This document shows positions 1 through 12,779 of a stretch of DNA of 64,000 nucleotides, one piece after another. Made by a program: the position numbers and the translations under genes. The notes beneath the pieces are model-generated. The model did not search any database. It worked only from the letters and a program-made list of their open reading frames with translations, and was not told the origin of the DNA. Source of the stretch: Bugula neritina (taxonomy: Eukaryota; Animalia; Bryozoa). Where the stretch lies: assembly GCA_964035545.1 (NCBI GenBank), contig OZ037768.1:11068741-11132740 (forward strand), read 5' to 3'. How positions within the stretch are numbered: the stretch's first letter is position 1; each line of letters opens with the position of its first letter.

Positions 1-483
1 TTTCTCAGTATTTTTTTGCTTTAGTTGTAATTACTATTGGTATTGATTCTGCACAGTCTGTAATTTCCATGTAACCCAATTGATCCAATTACTATGAGGG
101 AAATATTTTGCTGAGGTTCTGCACTTGTGGGTCAATTCCAATTTTAGATCCTGATGTTACGTCTTTTTAAAAAAAGTTTTTCTTTTACCCATTAATCACT
201 AGAAATAGCTTTATTGATGATCACCATTTCTGAATTACACTCATCTAGTACCAGAATATCAGACCTCATGGCCTTGATGACTTTGTTGGTGTTTATGTTG
301 AAGTTCGACAAGGTTGTTATGATGTTGCTTTCTGTTGAATGTTTAGCTTGTTAGTCAAACCAATGTTTGCTCCTTTGGAATTTGCAGATTCTACACAACT
401 TTTAGAAAATCATCAAAGATAAATGGTCATGGCTCATCATATATTCTCTCTGTGCTAGCTTTTCGCACTCACTATGTATTACA

Positions 484-953
484 CATGAATGTAATTAATT
501 ACAATTACAATTACATGAAAATTTGTCAGTCACAATTATAATTACAGTTAATAAGTAATGTAATTAATTGCAATTACATGGTAATGTAATTAATTACAAT
601 TAATTTTGTTCTCACAAGGGATAAATATAAGTTATACAATCTCACTTCTGCATCCAACTACCTGGGCAATTTTGACAGTGGAGAACCTCCTTTGTTCCCA
701 ACAGTGTTATATAGTGTTATACAATGCTACATTGAATTAATCTGAACTTGTTTAGTTGTTATTTAACAGAAGGCATGGTAGGAAAAGCATAAAATTTTTA
801 GAGATTTAAAAATTTGAAGTGATTGACATGTAATTATAAAGTAATTGTAAAAATCAATCACATTAGATATATAATTAATTACAATTACATTTAATTACTT
901 GAAGAAATGTAATTAATTACAACCAATTGCAATTACAATTACTCCCAACCCTG
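484..953 (+). mobile_element. hAT-type MITE, 5'-truncated copy of the element at 996-1477
   Basis: Collinear with 996-1477 (AATTAC sub-terminal repeats, shared core 'gttatacaatctcacttct...gacagtgg..aacctcctt'); right end ctcccaaccctg at 942-953; no left TIR seen. Confidence 0.8.
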
Positions 954-995
954 TTCAGTATATCACAGTGTTGGTTGATACCATTGTGTAGCTGG

Positions 996-1477
996 CAGGG
1001 TTGGGGTCAATTGCATGTGAATGTAATTAATTACAATTACATAAAAATTTGTCAATTACAATTATAATTACAGTTAAAAAGTATTGTAATTAATTACAAT
1101 TACAATTACTTTTGTTCTCACAAAGGATACATAGAAGTTATACAATCTCACTTCTAGGGTCCAACTACTAGGGGCAATTTTGACAGTGGTGAACCTCCTT
1201 GGTTCTCAACAATGATACTATACTACCTTGATTTAATCTGAACTTGTTATTTGACAGTAGGCATGGTAGGAAAAGTATGAAATTTTTAAGATTTCAAAGT
1301 TTGAAGTAATTGACTTGTAATTATAAAGTGATAGTAAAAATCGATTACATTAGATATGTAATAATTACAATTACAATTACATTCATATACATCAATTACA
1401 AATTACATTCAATTACTTGAGAAAATGTAATTAATTACAACCAATTACAATTACAAAATACAATTACCCCAATCCTG
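996..1477 (+). mobile_element. hAT-superfamily MITE with AATTAC sub-terminal repeats
   Basis: TIRs cagggttgggg / ccccaatcctg; perfect 8-bp TSD gtagctgg at 988-995 and 1478-1485. An 8-bp TSD with CAG termini is the hAT signature. Confidence 0.9.
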
Positions 1478-1789
1478 GTAGCTGGAAAGCTCCTAATTTA
1501 ATGCCTACTTTGTAAAAAAAACTGAGGGTAATAGTGGCAGTTCACTTGAGTTGCGTATCATAATTAAGATTTACTCTAAATGCATGTTGAAATGCTGTGC
1601 GTAATGAAATGCAAATACTTATATTCAAATCAACTTGTGTATTTTTATTAGTTACTCTAACAAATTCATTAATGAAAATGGTTACGCCTGTTGATATTTT
1701 GTACAATGCTATGAATTGCTAAAGTTTATCAGAAATTGTCAATGTTCGTAATACAATAATACACATATCAACTGAAAATTGTATTTTAG

Positions 1790-4700
1790 GACCCTAACGC
1801 TGATACTGAATGGAATGATGTTCTTCGAGCTAAAGGGATTTTACCTCCCAAAGAAAAGGAAGAAATCACCGAAGATGATATTGTTAACATGCTAGAAAAT
1901 ACCATTGAAAAAAAGTAAGTGCCTTTATGATGTACCAAATAGCTGGAGTTTTTCAGTACGTTTCCAAGTAATGCTGTAATGAATTATGTTTGTGATATTC
2001 AGATATTTTTGTGTAGATCCAAGGGAAAAGATTATGATGAAATGAATAAGGATGAGCTTGATGACTTGGAAGATGAAATTGATGATGAAGACGAAAAGAT
2101 GTTTGAAATGTATAGGTGAGAATTCTGCTTTCTGTCGGCTAGTTTTAGTCATAAATACAACTGCAACAATTTTGAAATACCTGTTGTAAGTTGGGTCTAC
2201 ATCACTTCAACTTTTCATAAATAAATTTTGCTGTTTTAACTGTTGTTTTTTGGTGCTAATTAAAACTCTTTGTTGGGATCACATATATGGGTTTGAGTGA
2301 GTGAATGTTTGTTTTTGAAGCATTTAATACTAGGGTAATAAACATGGGTATGATTTTAAAATAAATTTTATTTAATTATAGAAAAAGAATGTAAAAACCT
2401 TATAATTAATTATTTTGTCTACTTTGTTAAAAACTTTGATTGTATTTCTAAGTACTAAATTTTAACTATAATTAGAGTAGAAGAATATTCTAGATGCGAC
2501 TAGTTTTGGGGTGATGACTCCAAACTTCATTCTATGGACACAGTAAGTGATACCTGTAATTTGGTTTTGCTCATGTTAAATTAAGTATTAGCTTCATCAA
2601 GCATCAGAAATTTTTTTATTTCTTGACTTGTTGAAGTATATTTTAAGTGACTTGGTGTTGACTGTATACTATTACTTAGTGTTCACTGTATGCTGTTACT
2701 TAGTGTTCACTGTATACTGTTACGTAGTGTTCACTGTATACTGTTACTTAGTGTTCACTGTATACTGTTACGTAGTGTTCACTGTATACTGTTACTTACT
2801 GTTCACTGTATACTGTTACGTAGTGTTCACTGTATACTGTTACTTACTGTTCACTGTATACTGTTACGTAGTGTTCACTGTATACTGTTACTTACTGTTC
2901 ACTGTATACTGTTACGTAGTGTTCACTGTATACTATTACTTAGTGTTCACTGTATGCTGTTACTTACTGTTTACTGTATACTGTTACTTACTGTTCACTC
3001 TATACTGTTACTTACTGTTCACTGTATACTGTTACTTACTGTTTACTGTATACTGTTACTTACTGTTCACTCTATACTGTTACTTACTGTTCACTGTATA
3101 CTGTTACTTACTGTTCACTGTATACTGTTACTAGTGTTCACTGTATACTGTTGCTTTAGACGTCAGAGAATGAAGGAAATGATGGAGCAGCAGAAAAAGA
3201 GCTCATTTGGTAGTGTCCTAGAAATTAGCAAAGCTGATTGGGTAGATCAAGTAAACAAAGCTGGGGAGAATGTTTGGGTTATTGTACATGTCTACAGTGA
3301 AGGGTTAGCTACTTTTATGTTTAGTTGCTGATATGTGAATTTATGACTCTTTGATTTTATAGAATTTTTATTGATATTGCAATTGTTATAGAAAGGCTGG
3401 TGTTGCTGTTTTGCAGGTCGGATATGTTTGCTTACCGACATACATGAATTTAAACTATTCTTACTAAAGGTTATTCACAGTGCTGTCAATTTACCAGATC
3501 TTTCATTTTGTGGAAATTAATTCGTTGTGTGATTTGTAGGATACCACTTTGTAAGTTAGTCAATCAACATTTGGTACAGCTGGCTGCTAGATTTCCTACT
3601 ACAAAGTTTGTGAAGGGAAGAGCATCCGTGTGCATACCCAACTATCCAGAGAAGAATGTTCCTACTTTATTCATTTATAGGTGAGTAAGTCATAGCTGAT
3701 CTAAAATTAAGTTTTATGTTATGAACATTTTATGTGATTTAGGCTTTCCAAGACAGTTGCTAAGGTTTTTTATTTTTGTTGCATAATGGCTGAGCTCAAA
3801 ATGTTCACTCATGTGAGTTTATAGTCACTATCTCTGTGAAAAACCTCTGGTGGGAAAGTTTTTTAGTGGACTAAGGACTTTTATCAGATGTGGCACAGGA
3901 GCAATTTTGACCTGAATGCTCTTCCTAAGATCATCAATGGCCTTTACTAGGGTTTGAACACATGACTTCAAGCTTACTAAGCCAAACCCCAAACCCTTAG
4001 ACCACGACTTGAGCTCAAATGTTATAGAGTTAAATATGTTTTTAAGTCAAAGCTGATAACTAGTTTGCTCAGTGTTGATGTCAGACTCATTGGAGTTGTT
4101 AGCTCTTGTTCATGTGAAGCTGTTATACATGCATACTAGGAGTTGTCTCCTTCTCAGCCTCAAGTTATACTAAGTCTAATCTCATTTTCACAATAACTTA
4201 AGGTACTCCACGTGAGTCTATTTTTATAATAAGTATATATACTTGGTGCAAGAATTTAGCTCGCCTGTCTGGAAACATGAATAGGCGTTTATGAGGTAAC
4301 AATCAAACTTAGCTGCGATTGTTGATAGAATAAAAATAGTTGGCTGGTATATTATGTGTACACTGGTGAGTGAATTCTTTGTGGACTGTGATCTAGATGA
4401 TCAGCTATAATTTAACTCAATGTTACCAGCCATTACTGTGCTTCATAAAAATATGCATTCATCAAGCTGATTGAATGGTATAACGAATAATTATTGAGAA
4501 TTTGTTCTGACTCTAGATATGTAACACTATGTAATTGTTTACAGCTTTGTACTATAGTTATTTATTGATTATGCAGAAATGGTGACTTGAAGAAGCAATG
4601 GGTAGGCCCTCATGAGATATTTGGAATGAACTGTAAAGTTGAAGGTAATTATTGTACTATTTGGTTTGCTGGGTTTCACATAACCTAGTGAGTGAAGTTA

Positions 4701-5481
4701 TGCGGTATATTCCACTAGGAGCATATTATATGCCATTAAACATCATCATCATTTATATATTAAAATGTGTTTTTATGATTATGTTAAACAGTAATACAAG
4801 TGGCAATTTTTATGAAGTTTTCGAGTGGGAAATTGAAAAAGTAAATTGAATTAAAATGTGTAGTCACCTATTATTGATTAATCTCATAATAATTTAGGGT
4901 TTTACTAGATTCAATATACACCATGTGAATCAGAAAAATAAATTATAAAGAGGGTGTAAAATGCTGTCTGGGTGTATTATGGTGGGTTAAATAATGATAT
5001 TTTTCACACATCCTTGTCTCCTACTAAACACTATGTCAATTAGATAAACATCAAGTTTTCCAATGATACAAAAAGCTCAGTTGGCAGAATACTCTTGAAT
5101 TCTCTCAAATTTGCAGCTAAAATGTTTTGCACTTTTAAGTTGATGGCAAATTTTTCCTTCGTTATTTGGTTACTGCTTACAACTTCTGCAACTTTTGTTT
5201 CAGTTATATTTAATAAAAACCTGTTGCAGGGTCTAGTCTGCAGTTGAAAATGGAATCACTAATTATTATTATATATAAGTATAATATTTAGAAGCATAAA
5301 ATCAACTTTTCTATACAGCGTCAGTAATTTATTTTATACAGATCTGGAGTGGATGTTTGGACAAGTTGGCGCAGTGCCAACAGAAATGGAAGAAAATCCT
5401 CGACAACAGATCCATGACGTAATGCAATCTAATATCAGAAGTACGACTACTGGTGGAGATGATGACGAAGATGATTGGTGA
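1790..5481 (+). CDS. PDCL3: Phosducin-like protein 3 (PhLP2/VIAF family); the first coding exon (probably just MQ) was not found and likely lies upstream of the window
   Basis: Exons 1790-1914, 2017-2115, 3160-3303, 3540-3680, 4577-4644, 5342-5481 join in frame through GT-AG introns. Protein: [22 protein letters not shown]...[20 protein letters not shown]...[40 protein letters not shown]...acidic tail DDDEDDW*. Confidence 0.93.
2654..3155 (+). repeat. 24-bp minisatellite (gtgttcactgtatactgttactta), about 21 copies, in a PDCL3 intron
   Basis: Direct tandem repeat; the last unit runs into the 3' splice site at 3158-3159. Confidence 0.95.
3805..4009 (-). mobile_element. tRNA-derived SINE copy (family of 21706-21918)
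   Basis: Reverse-complement similarity to the other copies; flanked by the direct repeat tgagctcaaa(a)tgtt at 3790-3804 and 4010-4023 (TSD). Confidence 0.8.
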
Positions 5482-6149
5482 ATAACAAGTGCTGTTGCTA
5501 CTTGTCAGGGATCTAGATAATAGGAATATATTAATTAATGGTAGTTTAAGATGATGTAACAGAATAGATAAATTAGAGTAATAAATTATTCTGTTTAAAA
5601 TATTGGTTCTGTACAAGCCATCAAACTGGGATCAACCATTTTATATAATTACAACAGTTCTCTACTACCTTGTGTATAGCTGCATTAAGTAGATTGTATT
5701 TCAGTTGAATTTTTTATTATACCATACTCATGGTTATACCGAACGGTGTAACATGTGCTTTGTATGGTACTTCCTATTAGCACTCGCTATATTGTTAACC
5801 AATAGTAAATATCATTTTATAGCGGTTGTGATGTCATATCCTTTAAGTGACATGATGCCTGTTATAAACATGGATCTCAAATTTGTTAATGATTGGTTCG
5901 TAAATTAGTCAGATCCTTTTCAGTCTTGTACCTCAAAGTTTAGAGTGAGTTGTTACTAGATGCATGTATATGTAGTTCTTCATTATTGCTATAATTTTAA
6001 CCTCATATTTATTCATCAGAATACAGTCATGGAATCAGAAATAAACAAAAGATTAATTTTAAACATATGGTGTTGAACTGTAAATAAAAATAAATTTATG
6101 TATCAAATAACCTTGCGTTATGTATTAGAATGTTGGTGTGAGGTGCTGC

Positions 6150-8458
6150 TTATGTTGGTAAGCTTGCAGATGCAGATAGCACTGGGTTTGGAACATGCGC
6201 TGTAATCAGTGATGGCCATAAAACAGCAGCATTGGCAGCATGCACTGCAGCAGCATTCTGCTGCATCTTTAGTATATACTTGGTGGCAGCGTTTCTCTCT
6301 GCTTCTCTCTCTTCAGCAGTCTGGCGCCTAAAGTTGGTTAAAAGGAAAGTTTATGTACGATTATGTGTAGTTTATATTAAGTTATTATTGGTGAACATTT
6401 ATTATGCCTGCTGAACTTGACTTAATCTTAAATATTATTTCAACTTTAAATGAACTATTTATATTAACATGACTATAATGATTATAAATAGTAACCAGAA
6501 AACCATGTATTGTAAAAGTATAATAATAGTCACAAATCAGCGTATAACTGTAGCATGATATTGTAAAAAAGTTTAACTTTTCATTATCCATGAATCCAAC
6601 AAACCTCCATTTGGTTCTTCTGTTCTGGAACCAGGTCTTCACCTGTGAATCTGTTAAATGGAGATGCTTGGCTAGTCTCAGCCTTTCTGTTGATGCCAGG
6701 TATTTCTGTCCCAAGAATCTTGCCTCTAGCTCGGCTATTTGTTCTCTGTTAAAGGTAGTTCTTGGTTTCTTCCGTTTTGGTGGCGTTCTGTTGGAATAAG
6801 GATGGCCTACCCTCCTGTATTCACCTGCTGATGAATGAAAAAGTTTTTTTATAATAATAGAATTACCTAAAATAATCAAAAATTAAGGTTTGATTTTTTT
6901 GATGAAACTAAAAGCAGTTTGTTAAATAGTGTGATGAGTGCACATTTGTCTAAATTTATGCTTTAAAAAATTGTTAGTGAAAAATGTTGATACAAATAGC
7001 TAATATTGAAATAGCATTTCAATATTTTTGCTACATGCTTGTTGAGCATTTAATTAGTATCAATATATCATATTTATTATCCCAGTTTATACCAATTGGT
7101 CATTCATATATGCTATAACTTGCACTATGTTAAACTGAATCCTTTCAAATGTTATGCAAATAATTATGTTAAATTGTGAAATCTAGAGTTAGAAACATTT
7201 TGTAGAAATAAGTATTGAAATATTTTCCTGAGCTTGCAGCTAGTTCAATACCCAGAGGTGAAATCTAACCATTCCTATATTCTATGATTAAAATTGTAAC
7301 TCGCATAAATATCTCTAAGTCAATTATGCCTTAATTCGTAGAATTTTTAAATTTTTGAAGCATTAATACAAAAAATATTTAAATTTTCAGAATTAAATAC
7401 AAATGGTTTTAGACAGCGAATGGGAAACTACAAGAATTGGGTCTTTGCCTGGCAAGTCATAGAATCTCCGGTATTAGCTGTAGTTTTCAATACTTGTAAG
7501 ATTCAATCATCAACAAATAAGCTTATGCAATGGATATTTTAAAACTTCATATAAGCGACATATAATATAATTAAACAAGATTGAGCTGCTAAGGGTTTGA
7601 AATACTGTGCTTACCACTACATAACTAAATGGGTTTCTTTTTTTATATTTATACATATAATTCATTTTATATTGTGTACTGTGGTTTGATACATTAGTAA
7701 ATTTATGGTAATTACAGTTCAGATTTAGCTCATCTATTGGGTTGGATGTTAGCCTGCTTTTTTAACTAGGAGCTACATGCTACAGATGATCATTAATAGA
7801 ACTAAAGTGATTAATTTTTTTTCAAGTTTTTTGCCTAAATCGGGATGCAAGTGTAAAGGTAAAGTACTTATTACTCACTGTAAGTGTTGGGTCGAAATTT
7901 ATCTAAGGATTTAAGAAGCAGGTTTTGTGTTGTATAGTCTGACATTAATGACAAAGGTGATGCTGCTACAGCCATCGGTATCGCTGCTCGTGTATGTTTA
8001 ATTTGGTCGCTGCTATCTTTGTCTAAACAGCATGAGGGCTCCTTTTCTCTGATGTCAGTATCCGACTTGAGATTGATCCCATTCGATAGGTCAGTACCCT
8101 GTAAATGATCGGAGGAATGGCATTTTACAACAGGTTCTCTGAGTGAATGACATTCTCCAACAGTCTCTTCAAATAGTTGGCATTTTCTTACCACCAGGTC
8201 AGCTCCATGACATTTATTCATAGGCTCCTTGTTGCCATTTTTAGCTGCTCCATGTTTGCCCTTTTCACTCTCATCACTTGTATCTTCACTATCGCGTCTT
8301 ATTTGTTGGAACGCAGATTTGAATCTTCGTTTACTAATTTTGCAAAAGTTTGGTAGCAATCTGTGTGGTCGGTTTCTTCCCAGAATACTCGAGATGCCAA
8401 ATGAGAGTTTAGGCTTGTCTGTACTCTTGATGAGTTCACTTGTTTCTGTGTCCGACAT
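6150..8458 (-). CDS. Tlx: Tlx (Hox11)-family NKL homeobox transcription factor, ~325 aa
   Basis: Exons 8458-7879, 6824 (or 6827)-6605, 6327-6150. eh1 motif LSFGISSIL; Tlx-typical [22 protein letters not shown]; homeodomain KYLASTER...[25 protein letters not shown] with Thr47. Confidence 0.93.
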
Positions 8459-8501
8459 TCTGGTACTTTGTGGAAATGTTTGTTGTGCCTTTGCTCTTTC
8501 T

Positions 8502-8510
8502 GTTATATAG
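8502..8510 (-). promoter_or_regulatory. Candidate TATA box of Tlx
   Basis: ctatataac on the minus strand, about 45 nt upstream of the ATG at 8458. Confidence 0.4.
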
Positions 8511-10313
8511 TGTGACTTGTTACTAATAATTAGCTAAACAGCGATAACACATCTACGATGTGATGATAGGCAGCAAGGCAGAATTGGCCATATGGGAGGC
8601 TCAAGCTTTATTCTCTTCATTTATTTCATACAACTAGTGCCTTAATTGGTACAAATTTTCCTGTCTAAAGCTTCATTAGAGTTGATAAGTCAAAGTAGAG
8701 ATCTAAATAGTCCCATGCTACCTTTAATAATACGCTACTAAGGTAATTATAAGCCTCTTTGGGGACTGCTTGTCACTTTAAGATGGTGTAATGTCAACTA
8801 GACATTGTTACTAATTAACAACAGTAATTGCTCTAAATGATTATTAATAAAGACAAGGGAGACTAGAACACTGCAATGCCTCTCAATTAGGATAACATTA
8901 AATTCATTTCATCAAGAGTTGGAGATCTCTACCATTGACTAAGAACTGCTGCAGGATATATTACGTGTTTTCTTGCCGAGTGGGCAGACCAATGTTAATA
9001 TGGCTTTACTGTCATATTGATGCAATTGTAGTGTCAGTGTTTGTCTGCTGTACATTGTTTAACAAGTGTGACAATGCATTGGTACTAAGTTGTCACATTC
9101 AAAGTCAAGAAAGCAACTTTTGTAATAATTGGGCTAGTTAAGTCTTAAGACAACTAAAGTGTGTGCAGATTGTCTAAGGCATATTTCTATGTAACTTACA
9201 GTTTGCTCCATGTAAAAGATAACAAATAGAAAAATGCTTTTTTATTATGCAAGTACCTTGAATGGGGACAATTTTCTTGCAATGCCCTTACAATTATGTG
9301 GAATGACATAAACAAGCAAACCTGTTTTAAATTGAAAAAAAAATGTGTGTAGCTTCTATATTTTGTATTAATTTTGCTAATCACGAACAAGGAGAAACTG
9401 GCACTGTAATCGCACAGGTTTGCAGGTGATTAGAGCTCCTAGTATTTGTATGCACAGTACATTATTTTCACTTTTATATTTCTATACATAGCATGCTGAC
9501 AATACCACAAGCTACACCATTCAAAATTCTTAGAATGAAGTGTACTTTATGGCTTGGATGCACACATATGTTTCAAATATGCTGACGGCAATAGTCTAAT
9601 TTGTGGAGGCGAAGGCACTGAACAGAGGTGCTGTACACAAATTGAATTATATATGAGTGTTAGTGTACTTTCTTTGTATACAGTGTGCTTACTGTGTTTA
9701 TTGGATTTGCATGTATGAAATATGCAGAAATTATTAGAGTAATAATAATATCATTTCTAACTATGTTGATTGTTTTTTGAGTGGTAAAATTTATAATCAG
9801 TGCTTCCATATGCAAAATATGAATATATAAATGTATGTATATACTTATAGGAGCTGCCATTAACATGAATAGCGTTTATTTAAAATAAAATTTCAAGTTA
9901 GTAAACACCCCCAAACTCATCTAACACAGTCGCTGAAATAGAATAATTGTGAAACAACAAACCACTCAGAAAAGGCTGGGCTTTGGGTTTAAACATGGCC
10001 ACAAAGTTAAACATCGATTCACTTTACAACAATTATTGAGTGACTACAACAAAAATTCTGAAATAGCGTTGTTAAATGGTAAACACTGACAAACAATACA
10101 CGTGTGATAATTTAACTTATGCTCACAATAAGCCGCTCTAACAAATACTAGTTTATATACAGTATACACTATTTCGAGTAGTTTACTAACTATCAAAAGC
10201 AATTTATAAAATTCTTCACTAACAGAATCTGTTTTAAAAAATATACACCAAAAATCAAACAAAGATTTCGTTATTTCAACATTTCACATTAATTAGATAA
10301 GAATTGATCACTT

Positions 10314-12059
10314 CTACTCAAAACCTATGCTTTGAAAATCGTGAATTTTGGAGTTGCTTCTACACCAAGACAAACTCTTGCTATCATCACTAATCTCGTG
10401 ATGCTGTGCCTGTCGCAAGGCAAGGTCTTTCTTCTTTAGAGATTGTTTCATTAACACAAAACAGATGGGAGTAGTCAGGGTACACACAGCTGAAATTGGT
10501 AGCAGTATCATTTGCACAATGTCAAGCATCTGTGCATTATCAATGGTTTCAGCCGTATTTGAGCTGATAACTCCAAATATCTTCATAGGAATCCAACATG
10601 TTATCCACAAACCCATCGTCAAAGTCAAATACTTTTGAGTTATCTTCTCCTTTTCAATCACCCGTTTGTCTTTACATTTCACATTGATCTCTGTTGCAGT
10701 AATGGAATCTTCATCTAAACTATCGCTGCCCATATTCCTATTCAATTGACTGTTATGGAGTTTGCACAAGGCCTCTTTCGTTTTCAGCTCTGCAGATGTT
10801 TTTACCAAAAGGAAAGCAATTATCACAGCCGGAAGTGTGAAAATAGTGACAAATATGACTTTGCTGTACTCGTCACCCGTGCTCCAACACAGACCATTGT
10901 TGTGTAGCTTGGAGTGGAGATGGTGCACATCTCTATAGTGAATGTATGTGACTGATGGCATGGCAGCGCATACCGATGATACCCATACTGTTACCAGACA
11001 CAATGACACGTTCAGCTGCCGTTTTGTTGGATGTGCAATGCTTCTATACCGGTCAGCGGCCATAATGATGAAAGTCAGCATAGAACAATGTAACATGATG
11101 TAAGGCACGACAGCGGACATATAGCAAGTAATTACACCAAAAATCCAGTTTCTGTAAACCATAACTAGGAAGTTCATTGGGAGCTGAACGCATAAAATTA
11201 ACAGGTTGTTTGCAATAATGTTTATTAAATAGACACCTGTACTGTTTTTATACAGTTTACCATGGATGATGTCAATCAAGGTGCATATGGATGAAACCAG
11301 TCCAATAACAACCACGATTATGTATATGGTTAGAAATAAAGGCCACACTTTTTTTAGCGAAGGTCTAACAACTCCTTTAGTCCAGTCAGTATCATTAGAA
11401 TCCAAAGCATCTATTAGCATGTATAGATAACCTAAAATTAAAATTGCCAAGCTTTATGAAAAGAATAATATAGTTCAATAATTGATAGTTTTCTACGCAA
11501 AATGTACAATTGATTACAAAGCTGCCAGCTGTGGTTTCATTAAAAAGATTCCCATAGCTATATACCTGTCATATATACAAATAAAATGAGTAACTGCATT
11601 AAAATCTGTCTACTATATGCTTCTATATATTAATTTTCTAACAAATATTACTATTTAAGTAAAAATCCTTAACATTATGACATAATCAAAGCGCTGGGGT
11701 CTTAAACAAAAAGATGGTGCTCACTGATTGAGCTTAGAGATTGCAGAACAGCTACTCATGCAGGACTACAGCTGCCCAGGTAAAAATTCAAGTAACAATC
11801 CTAATAGTAAAATTGTTTCTTACTCCTAAGATTGATCAATACATTGTTTTATGTGATGAAAGAAAACTTCACTAAACTTATTTTTTAATACACAAAATAT
11901 GAAAGACATGGTATAAAAGCTACAAATTAAAATTCTGCAGTGCTAAATAATTAAAAACAAACTGTGAAGTACTATAATGTAGAAGTATAGCTTACTATGA
12001 GGCACGTCTTTCAACATATGAACCATATCTTGAAGCTCTTGGTCTGTGCTACTGCTCAT
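10314..12059 (-). CDS. Class A (rhodopsin-like) GPCR, neuropeptide-receptor-like, with divergent motifs
   Basis: Seven hydrophobic segments, NWIFG..C in ECL1, DRY, CWIP in TM6. An upstream exon 12149-11996 supplies ATG 12059 (MSSSTDQELQDMVHMLKDVPH) and splices in frame to acceptors opening at 11431 or 11410. A probable non-coding exon lies at ~13302-13390. Confidence 0.85.
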
Positions 12060-12779
12060 TTTCTCTTGCTTTGCTAAATCTCATAGACTTGAGAAAGTTG
12101 GTAGATGCGACGTTTTCCAATTCAGACCTCAGACTTGTTCAGATTTCTTCTGTAAAACAGAATTATATAAACATTGCAACACTGGCTATATTTAGTGTCC
12201 AAAATGTGAAGCAAAACAGACAACTAGCTGCTAAAAAGTTTTAAATTTATGCACATCCATTATACTCTACTCACAGTTTAATACTTAAAGAATTAAAATG
12301 ATGATGTATTATAAAGTTCCGAAAAAGTGCTCATCATGACAAAATAATAATTTGCTGCATGGTAGTAAGTATATCACCAACTGCAACTCCTCTAATACAT
12401 CATACAGAATATTAACTCTCTTCATGGTAGGCAGGGCTTTAAAATCTCACTACATGTTCCTTATAAAGACAATACCTTTGATTGTATAATTTGTCAAATT
12501 ATTTACTAAGTGAGTTATTATAAGAGTACCTTGTAATATGAAAACATGGAGAGACAAACAGATCAGATTCAAACAATAAAATGTTTAAAGGATAATTTTA
12601 TTGATAAAAATGCTAATTTAAAGCAAATTTTGATAAGTAAAGAAATGCAGTATGACTAATTTTATATCATTATATACTATCCTACATCTTATCACACTAT
12701 CTTATAGTATACTAATATGCCATTATATTATGGCAAATAGTATTGCATTGTATTAGACTAGGTATATCACACTTGTGCT

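Noticed and set aside
2628-3134. ORFs encoding (VFTVYCYL)n and (LLLTVHCI)n
   Set aside because: Translations of a stop-free 24-bp minisatellite inside a PDCL3 intron.
6328-6352. U12-like branch sequence (tccttttaac) in Tlx intron 2
   Set aside because: The donor is GTTTGT, not GTATCC, and the branch match is imperfect.
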